Assembly: GCA_005878985.1 (NCBI GenBank)
Contig: VBMA01000076.1
Coordinates: 1 to 60,227, forward strand
Length of the DNA stretch: 60,227 nucleotides
Origin: Methanobacteriota archaeon
Lineage (GTDB): Archaea > Thermoplasmatota > Thermoplasmata > RBG-16-68-12
Reading direction: 5' to 3'
The notes under the pieces are model-generated. The model had not been told where the DNA came from, did no database searches, and worked only from the letters and a program-made list of their open reading frames with translations. The translations under genes and the position numbers were made by a program. This document shows, in pieces, positions 7,806 to 17,075 of this stretch; positions within the stretch are counted from its first letter, which is position 1, and each line of letters begins with the position of its first letter.

Positions 7806-8759
7806 TCATCGGTGGGGGCGGCCGAGCGCCGCGGCAATCATCATCGGCAGAATTGCGGACGCATCACCTTCAATCGTCACCTGCCTAGCGGTCTCCTTGA
7901 CCTTGCCCCAAGAGATCCCTTCCCGAACGCGGGCCCCGCTCAAACTCCCGTCCCACTCGGGAGCCGTCGTGATGTAGACGGCATAGTCGAGCCCGCCTCG
8001 GAATTGGTTCCACCAAATCGTGTGATGCTTCGAGACACCACCTCCGATCATCAGCGCGCCCGTCTCTTTCGCCCGGAAGACGACGGCGGCGAGGTCCGCC
8101 TCATCCCGGAACTGGTTGATCGCAAACTCCTTGTGCTCCTGCCAAAACGACCACAGCTGATACCCGACCGCCCCGTCGAAGATTGCCGGCACGACTACCG
8201 GAATGCGGTTCTTCCAGGCCCACCACAGTAGGGACTGGCGGCTTCCCGTGCGTCGCCCGAGCTCCCAGAGGAGTTCGCTCGTCGACGGGTTCCTCACGTC
8301 AGAGTCCCAAAGGTCGCGCAACATGGGTTGAATCCTTTTCTCCAGGACGACGCCGTACGAAGCATTCGGGATCAAGACGTTTCCAAGCCGATTCACCCCG
8401 AGGCGATGCAACGCGACGTCGTCCATTTCGAAGTCGCCGTGGTAGTACGGCTGCCACACCCGGGCGAGATCATGATCGGCCGTGCCGCACGTCGTCACGA
8501 CGACATCGACGAGCCGCTCCTGAACGAGGGCCCGTAAGACACCGCGAACCCCGGTCGCCATCAACGCGGCGGGGAATGAGAGGAAGGTCGTGCATCTCGG
8601 GCGGCGGAACATCGTCCGGAGGATCTCCACCCCGACGGCGACTTTCTTCGCGGTGAAACCGCCTCCGCGGCCCATCGCTTCGACGAGTCGGGCGACCTCC
8701 GCCGATGCGGAAACGTCGATGTCTTCGACCTTCCGGGTGAGGAGGCCGCCCTTCGCCAT
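7806..8759 (-). CDS. dys: deoxyhypusine synthase
   Basis: VVTTCGTADHDL, LGNVLIPN, GGGVSKHH, DGSLSGARVREGISWGKV. Confidence 0.9.
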   Translation of the reverse strand: MAKGGLLTRKVEDIDVSASAEVARLVEAMGRGGGFTAKKVAVGVEILRTMFRRPRCTTFLSFPAALMATGVRGVLRALVQERLVDVVVTTCGTADHDLARVWQPYYHGDFEMDDVALHRLGVNRLGNVLIPNASYGVVLEKRIQPMLRDLWDSDVRNPSTSELLWELGRRTGSRQSLLWWAWKNRIPVVVPAIFDGAVGYQLWSFWQEHKEFAINQFRDEADLAAVVFRAKETGALMIGGGVSKHHTIWWNQFRGGLDYAVYITTAPEWDGSLSGARVREGISWGKVKETARQVTIEGDASAILPMMIAAALGRPHR

Positions 8760-8818
8760 TCCGCGCGGAATTCTGGGGACTCGTTAAAAGACTATGGCCG
8801 CGGGCCGCGTCCGAACGG

Positions 8819-10375
8819 CTACGGGACCAAGATCGCCTTCAGGCGCTCCCAGACCCCGAATGCCCCGCGCCACCGGAACGTGTTCCCGCAATCCTCACAC
8901 ACGCCCCATCCGTCATCCTGGAACGTGACCCGGGTGGATCGGCACACCCCGCACGTCCCCGACGCAGGTACCTGAATGCCACGCCGTCGGCGCTCGTCGG
9001 CGACCTGGGATTCGAGCCGCTGGGCCGCCTCCTCCGCGTTCCGGGCGAACGTCAGCCCGGCCAGGTAATCCCCTTTCGTGAGGACGTCCTGAGCCTGCCG
9101 CAAGAGAACGCGGACTTCCGTCGCGCTGAGGTCGTAGGACTCCGCTTCCTTCAGGACCGGCTCGCACGCATTGATGATTGCCTGGGCCTTCTCGACCTGA
9201 GCCCGGCGAAGCTGCATCGCGCGTTCGATCTGACGTTGCTGGCCCTTCATCGCGATCCGCTCCGCGCGTTTGAGGAGATCGCCCGCCTGCCCGTGCTCGC
9301 CGACGGCGACCGCGGCGCGGGCGGCCTGATGCAGACCCTCCGCCTCCTGCATGTCCGCGCCGACGTTCCGCGCCAGGGCAATGTGATCGGACACAAGGCC
9401 GATCGATTCCTCGACCTCGCGAATCCGACGGAGCCGGGCGTCCTCGGCCCGTTGGCCAGCCTCGACAAAACTCTCCCGCGCGGCGGCCAGACGGTCCCGA
9501 TCAAGATCGTCGCCCCCGCGCTTCCACGCGTCCTCGGCCAAGGCGATCGGTGCGCCGAGGTTCGCGGCCTCGCGAATGGAGTCCCGGGTGACCGCGAGCA
9601 AATCCCGGACCCGCTCGGCTTCCCGCGCGTGAGCCACCTCCGCAGCCCGGACGAGATCCCGCAGGAACGCGTCGTCCATGAGCTGACCTTGGAAGAACAC
9701 GTCTCGCGCCCGATCCAACAGCGCGCGGGCCTGGGAGGTCTCCGAGTCCTCCGGATTGCACGGTTCGAGGAGCCCTTGCGCCGCGAGCACGGCGTACGAC
9801 CACGACGCCCGCCGGAGCTGCTCCGTCGTTCGTTCCGCGATCCGAGACGCCTCCTGGGCCGCGGTCAACGCGGCCTCGAACTGGCGTTCTTGGAACCTCT
9901 TGCGGGCTTGGTCGAGAAGTTCCTCGACCCGCTCATAATCGATGTCGGTGTCCCGGCCCAAGGTGAGTCCGGCATCCCTCTCTGCGGTATCTTGCGCTTC
10001 GAGTTCCATGAGGATTTGGGGGGAACCGGGGGCGGCCGCGAGGGCCGCGATGAGTTCGGCCTTCCGTTTCAACCCGAGGAGACTCACCCGATACCGTTCC
10101 CCGAGTTCCCGGAGCTGGCGGGGTCGGAGCCGCTCGAGGCGGAATTCCATACGCCGGCGCTCCGCCTCGGACAGGAGGAGTTCGGCGTCCGGGAGAGAAG
10201 CAAGCGCCTCGATCAGTGAGATGCGATTCGGATACCGTGTGGGTTCCAGCCCATGTGCCTCGGCCAAGTCGTGCAAGACCTTGTCGGGCAACGTGGATAG
10301 CGCTTCCCGAGGGGACGAGGGCGTTCGTTGACCTCCGTCCGAATCAATGTCCTGCCTGCGATAAACGTTGCGCAC
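8819..10375 (-). CDS. coiled-coil protein with SAP/HeH-like N-terminal repeats and a C-terminal zinc ribbon
   Basis: LHDLAEAHGLEPTRYPNRISLIEALASL and LRELGERYRVSLLGLKRKAELIAALAA, followed by a long E/A/R/L-rich region and CGVCRSTRVTFQDDGWGVCEDCGNTF. The opposite-strand ORF 9236..10219 is an R/P/G-rich shadow. Confidence 0.7.
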   Translation of the reverse strand: MRNVYRRQDIDSDGGQRTPSSPREALSTLPDKVLHDLAEAHGLEPTRYPNRISLIEALASLPDAELLLSEAERRRMEFRLERLRPRQLRELGERYRVSLLGLKRKAELIAALAAAPGSPQILMELEAQDTAERDAGLTLGRDTDIDYERVEELLDQARKRFQERQFEAALTAAQEASRIAERTTEQLRRASWSYAVLAAQGLLEPCNPEDSETSQARALLDRARDVFFQGQLMDDAFLRDLVRAAEVAHAREAERVRDLLAVTRDSIREAANLGAPIALAEDAWKRGGDDLDRDRLAAARESFVEAGQRAEDARLRRIREVEESIGLVSDHIALARNVGADMQEAEGLHQAARAAVAVGEHGQAGDLLKRAERIAMKGQQRQIERAMQLRRAQVEKAQAIINACEPVLKEAESYDLSATEVRVLLRQAQDVLTKGDYLAGLTFARNAEEAAQRLESQVADERRRRGIQVPASGTCGVCRSTRVTFQDDGWGVCEDCGNTFRWRGAFGVWERLKAILVP

Positions 10376-10381
10376 CTCCGC

Positions 10382-10747
10382 TCAGGGATCCGGCGGCCGA
10401 TACCGGCGCAAGACCTCGATCGCCCACTGAAGCTTCCGGAATTCGCCCGGATCCCCGCCCGCGTCCGGATGGTGACGACGGGCCCGCTCGCGGTACGCTC
10501 CTTCGATCGCAGCCCGCGACGGCCAGCCTCGACCGAATCGCGGCGGATGCACGCGAACGTCCTCGAAGCCGAGAATTCGGAAGGCTGCGTCGATCCCTTT
10601 CGTCTGCAAGTAAAACTCTCGTAGGTCGGAGAAAATGCCACCGGATTCGTGGCCGCCTTCGATGCTGTATCGCTTGTGGTCGCGCGCGATTGCGGTCCCG
10701 ATCCGATGATCCCGCCCGCATGCGAAACAGAAGAACCGCTCTTCCAC
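10382..10747 (-). CDS. J-domain (DnaJ-like) protein with an N-terminal CxxC
   Basis: AFRILGFE..AAIEGAYRERARRHHPDAGGDPGEFRKLQWAIEVL contains the HPD tripeptide. The gene ends 6 nt before the next minus-strand gene. Confidence 0.75.
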   Translation of the reverse strand: MEERFFCFACGRDHRIGTAIARDHKRYSIEGGHESGGIFSDLREFYLQTKGIDAAFRILGFEDVRVHPPRFGRGWPSRAAIEGAYRERARRHHPDAGGDPGEFRKLQWAIEVLRRYRPPDP

Positions 10748-10817
10748 GTCCCGTCATCCGCTCATTGCTTGATGGGTTTTCGGGTCTCGGAGGCAAAGGT
10801 TATTCGCGGACGCCGCC

Positions 10818-11999
10818 TTGGCGTCGATTGTGTCGTTCCGGGCCGGGCCCTCCGTGTTTAAGGACCAGGGGAAACTGTCGTTCGACTACCTGCCCGAAAA
10901 GATGATCCACCGGGAAGAGCAGACGAAGCGGCTCTTCAGCCTGCTGCGGCCGATCGTGGAAGCGGGAGCCTCGAGCAACGCCTTCCTCTACGGCCCGGTG
11001 GGGACCGGAAAGACGCACACGGCGAAGCGCTTCTGCCTCGATTTCAAGAAATACGCGTCCGAATCGGACCGCGCGGTCGACTGGGACGTCGTCAACTGCC
11101 GCCAGCGGATGGGCGATGACGCGGTCCTGCTCCGGTTGATCCAACACTTTGACGCGCACTTCCCGGAGCGCGGTTTCTCGATCGCGGAAAAGATGGAGAC
11201 CTTGCGGCGGCACCTCGAGAAACACCGTCTCCATTTCATCGTGATCTTGGACGAAGTCGACGCCTTGCTGAAGAAGAGCGGCGCGGACCTGATCTACTCG
11301 TTCGCGCGGATCGCCGAGGAAACGGTCGCCTCGAAGGGCAACATCTCGATGATCCTCATTTCGCAGAGGCCGAACGCGTTGGAATACATGGACCGCGCCG
11401 CGCTGAGTACCTTCCGCCGGTCCAACGTCGTCGAGTTCCCCAAGTACGATCGCGCGGAACTCCGAGACATTGTTTCGGGCCGCGTTCAGCTCGGGATGCA
11501 CCCGGGCACCGTCGACGAGGACCTCGTCGACCTCATCGCGGATATCGCGTCCGAGTTCGGCGATGCACGATATGCCATCGAGCTGCTCGAGAAGGCCGGC
11601 ATGCTCGCGGATGAGGAGAGCCTCGAGGAAGTCGCGCCGGAGCATGTGCGCGGCGCGAAAGCCCACGTCCATCCGACGGATGTCCAAGAGCGCCTCGGGC
11701 TCCTGGATGTCCCAAAGAAACTCGTGCTCTTGGCCATCGCGCGGAAGAGCCGCAAGAAAGCGTACATCACGATGGGCGACGCCGAGGAATCGTATGCCGT
11801 GGTGTGCGAAGAGTACGACGAGAAGCCGCGGGCCCACACTCAATTCTGGAAGTACGTGCGCGACCTCGATGCGCTCGGCCTCGTCGACACGAAGTTGAGC
11901 GGGAAGGGCGAAGTCGGAAAGACGACGCTGATTTCCCTTCCGGAAATTCCGGCCAAAGTACTCAGTGATAATCTCGAACGAAGTTTGAAGAGTCGATAG
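10818..11999 (+). CDS. cdc6: Orc1/Cdc6 replication initiator
   Basis: HREEQTKRL, Walker A LYGPVGTGKTHT, Walker B ILDEVDAL, and a C-terminal winged helix. The start is TTG at 10818 or, more likely, GTG at 10830, which lies about 27 nt after AAAGGTTATT. Confidence 0.92.
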   Translation: MASIVSFRAGPSVFKDQGKLSFDYLPEKMIHREEQTKRLFSLLRPIVEAGASSNAFLYGPVGTGKTHTAKRFCLDFKKYASESDRAVDWDVVNCRQRMGDDAVLLRLIQHFDAHFPERGFSIAEKMETLRRHLEKHRLHFIVILDEVDALLKKSGADLIYSFARIAEETVASKGNISMILISQRPNALEYMDRAALSTFRRSNVVEFPKYDRAELRDIVSGRVQLGMHPGTVDEDLVDLIADIASEFGDARYAIELLEKAGMLADEESLEEVAPEHVRGAKAHVHPTDVQERLGLLDVPKKLVLLAIARKSRKKAYITMGDAEESYAVVCEEYDEKPRAHTQFWKYVRDLDALGLVDTKLSGKGEVGKTTLISLPEIPAKVLSDNLERSLKSR

Positions 12000-12046
12000 T
12001 CGCTATGGAGAGACCGATGGGATGGGTGCAACCTCAGGAAGGCGAA

Positions 12047-12604
12047 ATGGGCACGGAGGCTGAGGCACTTCGCTCGGCGATGCCCATGGAACTCGAGAAG
12101 GGCGTCTGCTATCTCGTGAAAGAGAAGAAGCCCGAACTTAGTTTCCGCCTCTTCGAAATGCTACTCGCTCAGAAGATCCCGAGCCTCTGCATCACCCGCC
12201 AGTACCCGGATCGCGTGCGCCGCGAACGTGGCCTGACGGACGTGCGGATCATTTGGCTGAGCCACACGCCGGGCGAGGATTACCACAACCCGACCGCGAT
12301 CGGCACGCTCGCGAAGGTGATCCAGAAGTTCATCGAGGACAACAACGGCGAAGGCGCGGTCCTCCTCGATGGTCTGGAATACCTGATCATCAACAACGGG
12401 TTCCTCCAGACCTTGATGTTCGTCGAGCATGTGAACGAGTTCGTGATGCAACGGCGCGCGATCATCATCCTGCCGGTGAGCCCAGACACCCTCGAAGAGA
12501 AAGAGCTCGCCCTCCTCGAGCGGAACATGAAGGTCCTCGAGTCCCCGGCCCTCAAGACGGACCTGGAATCGCGTGAAGTGAGCCGCCTCTTGGACAATTA
12601 TTGA
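12047..12604 (+). CDS. DUF835 domain protein (KaiC-fold-like, no P-loop)
   Basis: GVCYLVKEKKPELSFRLFEMLL..SLCITRQYPDRV..IIWLS..VLLDGLEYLIINNGF..ILPVSPDTLEEKELALLER is typical of archaeal DUF835. An alternative start lies at 12005. Confidence 0.75.
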   Translation: MGTEAEALRSAMPMELEKGVCYLVKEKKPELSFRLFEMLLAQKIPSLCITRQYPDRVRRERGLTDVRIIWLSHTPGEDYHNPTAIGTLAKVIQKFIEDNNGEGAVLLDGLEYLIINNGFLQTLMFVEHVNEFVMQRRAIIILPVSPDTLEEKELALLERNMKVLESPALKTDLESREVSRLLDNY

Positions 12605-13968
12605 TCCTTTGCCGGCGGGCCTTCGAGTTGGCGTCCGACGATTTCGTCGACGCGGCTGAGGAACCGATCTTCCTTGCCTTTCGGAATCGTCGCACCGGAG
12701 GCGATGTTGTGGCCTCCGCCGTTCCCGGAGACCTCGGACGCGGCCTCCCGGAGGGCTGCGGCGAGGTCCAAGCCCGCCGCGATGTGCGCGCGGGTGCCGC
12801 GAGCGGAGACCTTTGTGACGCCGTCGAGGACGGATAGCCCCAGCGTCGGTCTCGTTTGATCGAAGAAGAATTGCATCCCGGTCCCCGCGACCACGCCGGC
12901 CAGGCTCGCGTCGTCGCAATAGAAGAACTGGATGTGTTTCTTCGGGAACAGGCCCTTCAACTCGAGGGCGACGAGGTAACCGAGGACCTTCGACGTGTAT
13001 TCGTCGAGGAGCTTCTCCGCCCGTGCGAGGGCGTCGCGATCGCCGAGACAGACGGCCATCCCGAGCCCTTCCTGCCCCAAGCGGTCGCAGCTGTTCACAT
13101 ACGCCTCGAGGTCGTGGGCGTACACTTGGTCCGGTTCGATCCAGTACCGATCCGCGACGAGGGTTTCGAGCGCCTCCGAGGCCGCGTGTTGCTCCACGAG
13201 CCGCGCCGCCAAGATCGATGTGAGCCTTCGGCGATTGCCCGCGTCGAGATCGCGCAAGCTGGCCGCCGGGTCGAGGCCGACCGAGTGAAGAAAGTCGGCC
13301 GACGCCTCGGGTCGTCCCGAGAGACCTCGGAAATACGGTTCGATCGATAGGGCGAGCGCCTTGCCGAGCGGAAGGTCACGCAGGGCGAGCCGGCGTTCGG
13401 GCACGACGACCTTGCGGTCCTCGGCCTCACCGAAGAGCGCGGCGTTCACGCCAACGAAACCCCCCACCGCCTGCTTGTCGCCGATCGCCCCGGCCATCGC
13501 GATACCGGCCAGGTCCCAGTTCCGCTCGTCGAGGGCGAGGGCAAAGAGCCACGTCGTCGTGGCACCGCACATTTCCCGGGCGCCGTCGACCCCGAAGAGA
13601 TGGGGATTCACGTGGGCGACCGTCTCCGAGTCTCGCATCGGTTTGTGGTGGTCCAAGACGATGACCGGGTACGGAAGGCCTTCGAGGAGATCGAGCTGGC
13701 CGGATCCCATGTCGCTGACGATCAAGAGCTCGTTCGACTCGTCCCGGAGGCGAGCCGCGGACGTCCGATCGAGTGCGTGGGCCATCGTCGCGTGGATTCG
13801 TTTGCCGCGGCGCATCAGCGCTCGGACCAGAATCGTGGCCGACGTCGTCCCGTCCGGATCGTAGTGACAGAAGATGCGGACCCGGGCCACATCATCCATC
13901 AGGGCCGCAGCCCGCCGCGCGCGATCGAGTAGTCCTTCGGGCGCCAGATCTTCCAGGCCCTGGACCAT
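12598..13968 (-). CDS. recJ: DHH/DHHA1 phosphoesterase, archaeal RecJ/GAN (Cdc45-like) nuclease
   Basis: FCHYDPDGTTS, IVSDMGSG, VLDHHKP and GGGHNIASG motifs. Confidence 0.85.
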   Translation of the reverse strand: MVQGLEDLAPEGLLDRARRAAALMDDVARVRIFCHYDPDGTTSATILVRALMRRGKRIHATMAHALDRTSAARLRDESNELLIVSDMGSGQLDLLEGLPYPVIVLDHHKPMRDSETVAHVNPHLFGVDGAREMCGATTTWLFALALDERNWDLAGIAMAGAIGDKQAVGGFVGVNAALFGEAEDRKVVVPERRLALRDLPLGKALALSIEPYFRGLSGRPEASADFLHSVGLDPAASLRDLDAGNRRRLTSILAARLVEQHAASEALETLVADRYWIEPDQVYAHDLEAYVNSCDRLGQEGLGMAVCLGDRDALARAEKLLDEYTSKVLGYLVALELKGLFPKKHIQFFYCDDASLAGVVAGTGMQFFFDQTRPTLGLSVLDGVTKVSARGTRAHIAAGLDLAAALREAASEVSGNGGGHNIASGATIPKGKEDRFLSRVDEIVGRQLEGPPAKDQ

Positions 13969-13975
13969 GGGCCAC

Positions 13976-14431
13976 CTACTTCACTTGCAGCTCCGCGAGC
14001 TTCAAGGAATAGTCCCACTCCGACGGGAGGACGCCGCGCGCCTTGTAGTATCGGGACAAGCGGCGGATCCGCGATTCGATTAGCTCGAGGCCGCGTCGGT
14101 TGCTCAGATCCTTCCGGTGATCTTTGAGATGGGTTTGAAGGCTCGCGGCGCGTTTGATCAGACTGGCGAGATCCTCCGGCAACGCGAATTTCGTGCCCTT
14201 CGAGGAGAGGATCTGGGTCACACTCCGACCCGTCGCGAGGCGGACGTTCGGGACTCCGTAGGCGTCCCGCAAACGCACGCCAATCGAAGCCGTCGAGAGG
14301 CCCTCCTGGTAGAGACGGACGATCGTCTCCTCGATCTCGGCCTTCTCCATCCCGACCCACTCCGGGTTCGCCTTGAGATACGGTCGGGTCGAGCCGCTCT
14401 TTCCTTTACGATGTGCATGGAGGCGAGCCAT
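13976..14431 (-). CDS. rps15: 30S ribosomal protein uS15 (S15P/S13e)
   Basis: MARLHAHRKGKSGSTRPY.. and IESRIRRLSRYYK are typical of archaeal S15. Confidence 0.93.
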   Translation of the reverse strand: MARLHAHRKGKSGSTRPYLKANPEWVGMEKAEIEETIVRLYQEGLSTASIGVRLRDAYGVPNVRLATGRSVTQILSSKGTKFALPEDLASLIKRAASLQTHLKDHRKDLSNRRGLELIESRIRRLSRYYKARGVLPSEWDYSLKLAELQVK

Positions 14432-14502
14432 CGGTTTCCTCGGGAGGGGCTGCGCATACCGCGGAATCGTATTTAAGATTGAGCCCGCGACCGCGGAGCG
14501 GC

Positions 14503-15177
14503 CTACCGTTTCATGACGACCAGCGCGCCGTGATCGGCTTGGAACGGCTCGAGGGTCCGGAAGTCAATCGGCTCGAAGCCGGCCTCGGCCAACGTGCGCT
14601 TCGTCGATTCGAACACCTTGATGGGGGACGCGGCGACATCCGCGGATCGCGCCTTGATCATCAAGAAGCCGATGGCCCCGGCCGGCAAGAGGTCCAGGTT
14701 TCTCAGGAAGATTCCCTCCTGGTCCCGCTGCGCGACGTCCTGGTAGAGAACGTCCGGGGAACCCAGCCGACCGCGATAAAACTCCGGCTTTCCGGCATCG
14801 CCGAGGATCGGGACGAGATTGGACCTCTTCTCGGCGAGGGCGAGCAAATCTCGGAACGATCGGGGGGAGATTTCGATCGCGGTGATCGTGCCCTCGGCGC
14901 AGACGTCGGAAAGGTGGCTCACGGTGGTGCCGCTGCCTGCGCCCAGATACAGAACGGAGGACCGAGGACGGAAGGGCCATACGCGTCCGCCCCGCTTCAG
15001 ATATGCAGCGAGCTTGCTTCGGTTCGCGTCCCAGCGGCGGAATTCCCGTCCCTTTTCGCGGATGAGGCCTTCCCCGTAGACGACGGTCCCGGGCACCAGA
15101 TTCGGAGTGAGGAGCCACGTGCCGTCCGCGTAGACGCCCTCCCATTCCGTGGATCGTACCGGCATTGATTCCACCAC
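14503..15177 (-). CDS. flpA: fibrillarin-like rRNA/tRNA 2'-O-methyltransferase
   Basis: EFRRWDANRSKLAA, VLYLGAGSGTTVSHLSD, AIEISPRSFRDLL, PILGDAGKPE. No nop5 gene lies upstream. Confidence 0.92.
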   Translation of the reverse strand: MVESMPVRSTEWEGVYADGTWLLTPNLVPGTVVYGEGLIREKGREFRRWDANRSKLAAYLKRGGRVWPFRPRSSVLYLGAGSGTTVSHLSDVCAEGTITAIEISPRSFRDLLALAEKRSNLVPILGDAGKPEFYRGRLGSPDVLYQDVAQRDQEGIFLRNLDLLPAGAIGFLMIKARSADVAASPIKVFESTKRTLAEAGFEPIDFRTLEPFQADHGALVVMKR

Positions 15178-15213
15178 GGCAAGAGCCGTATTGATTGTTT
15201 CCGAACGGCGAAC

Positions 15214-16161
15214 CTACGGATCTGGTTTCTTTCGCGCCGCGGGCTTTTTTGCTCTCGGTCGTGGGGGCGCCTTCGGGACTTTCTCGAGGTTGGCCCGGAT
15301 CCGCGCAGTGTCGAGGTGTTTCGCGGCGCGGGCCAGATTCGACGCTGCCAGCTTCGGCTCGTCCATCTGCAGATAGGCGACGCCGAGATTGTTGAGCGCC
15401 TCCCCGCGTTCCGGAGCCTTCTCGAGCGCCTTCTGGAAGATGTCGATCGCCTCGCGCGTTCGTCCGAGGAGGAGGAACGCGGCTCCGTGATTCAGCGCCC
15501 CTTCGATCGCGCTCGCTTCCATATGCGGGGTCGGACCGAACGCCTCGAGGGCCACCTCCGGACGCCCCGCCCGGAGGAATACCGTTCCTGCCCCGGCATG
15601 GAGGAACGGAAATTCGGGATGGGAGTCTGCCGCGGCGAGCAGGATGCGCGCAGCTTCTTCCTTGAAGCCGGACCGTACGAGGAAATCCGCCTTCATCGCG
15701 AGCGCGCGGAGGTCCGTCGGATGGGATGCGAGGTACGACTCGCACGCGGCGATGGCTAGATCGTAATCGCCTCCGGCGCCGAGCGCTTCCGCGCGGTTCA
15801 GCAATGCGGAGGTGTCGCCCATCTGGATCGCGCGGTCGAACGACTTGGCCGCCTCGTTCAGGAATCCGCCCGCCACCTGCGCCTGTCCGAGACCGACCCA
15901 CGGACCGGGCGCGTCGAGGCGAATCGCGGTCTCCCACAAATCCTCCGCGAGGTCCGGGAACCCGAGGCGGGTGAGCAACGCCGCCATGTGGTCCCGCCCG
16001 GCTCGCCAGGATTGGGGGCGGCCGCGTCGGCGTACATGCTCGAGGACCCTCATCCGGACGACCCCGCTTCGGCCTTTCGGGTTCAGCCCGAGGGATCTGC
16101 ACATGCCCTGAAGCGTCGGCCAGTCCGCATGCTCGACTTCTGCTCCGGAGGGAACACTCAT
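15214..16161 (-). CDS. TPR-repeat protein with a SAP-like N-terminus and a Lys/Pro-rich tail
   Basis: The start ATG at 16161 overlaps the upstream stop codon (ATGA). ADWPTLQGMCRSLGLNPKGRSGVVRMRVLEHV is followed by several TPRs. The tail is RPRAKKPAARKKPDP. Confidence 0.8.
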   Translation of the reverse strand: MSVPSGAEVEHADWPTLQGMCRSLGLNPKGRSGVVRMRVLEHVRRRGRPQSWRAGRDHMAALLTRLGFPDLAEDLWETAIRLDAPGPWVGLGQAQVAGGFLNEAAKSFDRAIQMGDTSALLNRAEALGAGGDYDLAIAACESYLASHPTDLRALAMKADFLVRSGFKEEAARILLAAADSHPEFPFLHAGAGTVFLRAGRPEVALEAFGPTPHMEASAIEGALNHGAAFLLLGRTREAIDIFQKALEKAPERGEALNNLGVAYLQMDEPKLAASNLARAAKHLDTARIRANLEKVPKAPPRPRAKKPAARKKPDP

Positions 16162-17075
16162 GGCGTCACCTCGCGGCAGCGCGGGCGGATTTCGCACTCC
16201 TCGCAGCCGGGATCCCCTTCGAGGTGGGTCCCGAAACACTCGTACGGGCCGCGGTAGAAATCCGACTTCCCCCGCATCGCGGTTGCCCGCCGGAGCGCGG
16301 CCGTCGCTTCCTTGAGCGTCGGATCGAGCGCCAGCGCGCGATCAAGCGACCGGATCGCGAGCGTGGACTCCAGGAGCCCGAGATGGGCGAGACCTTTCGC
16401 GTACCAGAGCCCCGGCGCCTCCCGGATCCGCAAGGCGCGGTCCGCCCAGAGGACTGCCTCCCCGTGATAACCCTGTTTTTCGTAGAGATACGTCTGGTTC
16501 GCCATCGCATCGACGCAATCGGGATCGAATTGCAATGCCTCTTCGAAGCAGCGGGTGGCGTCGGCCTCGTGACCGAGTCGAAGCAGGGCGGCGCCTTTGT
16601 TGTTCCACGCCGCGGCGTACTCCGGCCGAAGCGCAAGGACTTCCTCGTAGCACCGGATTGCCCCGGCGTAATCCTGCAATTCATGGAGGACCGCGCCCTT
16701 GTCGATCCATGCATCAAGCGATCGTGGGTCGAACGCCAGCAAGCGATCGTACGCGTCGGCCTCTTCCTTCAACCGGCCGAGTTCGTGCAGCACCGACGCG
16801 AGGCCCATCCAGCCTTCCTTCGAGTTCCCGTTGCATCTCAATGCCTGCATGAAGGCGTCGAGGGCGCCTTCCCGATCGCCCGCCTTCTGGAGGACGGCGC
16901 CTTTGAGGATCCACGCCGCGTCGTATTCCGGTTTGAGCCGGAGCGCGGCGCCGAGCTGAGCCAGGGCGGCATCCGTGTCCCCCCGTTCAAAGGCGCGCCG
17001 CGCAGCATGCATCGCCGACTCGAGGCGATCCACGCTCGGGAGGAACCGCTCGGTCGTGTCGGGTGCCAGCGTCAT
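16158..17075 (-). CDS. TPR-repeat protein with a Cys-rich C-terminus
   Basis: The start ATG at 17075 overlaps the upstream stop codon (ATGA). Multiple TPRs. The C-terminus is YECFGTHLEGDPGCEECEIRPRC. Confidence 0.8.
   Translation of the reverse strand: MTLAPDTTERFLPSVDRLESAMHAARRAFERGDTDAALAQLGAALRLKPEYDAAWILKGAVLQKAGDREGALDAFMQALRCNGNSKEGWMGLASVLHELGRLKEEADAYDRLLAFDPRSLDAWIDKGAVLHELQDYAGAIRCYEEVLALRPEYAAAWNNKGAALLRLGHEADATRCFEEALQFDPDCVDAMANQTYLYEKQGYHGEAVLWADRALRIREAPGLWYAKGLAHLGLLESTLAIRSLDRALALDPTLKEATAALRRATAMRGKSDFYRGPYECFGTHLEGDPGCEECEIRPRCREVTP

Noticed and set aside
10748-10830. A replication origin adjacent to orc1/cdc6.
   Set aside because: The spacer is only about 70 bp, is GC-rich, and has no repeated ORB-like motif or AT-rich unwinding element that I could see.
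14564-16102. Very long alternative-frame or antisense ORFs. Examples: 14564..16102 (512 aa), 24178..26244 (688 aa), 42638..44623 (661 aa), 22242..23852 (536 aa), 1041..2558 (505 aa), 2942..4213 (423 aa) and 36426..37790 (454 aa).
   Set aside because: All are extremely Arg/Pro/Gly-rich and carry no recognisable motif. Each overlaps a gene with clear family signatures on another frame or strand. They are typical shadow ORFs of a GC-rich genome in which stop codons are rare.
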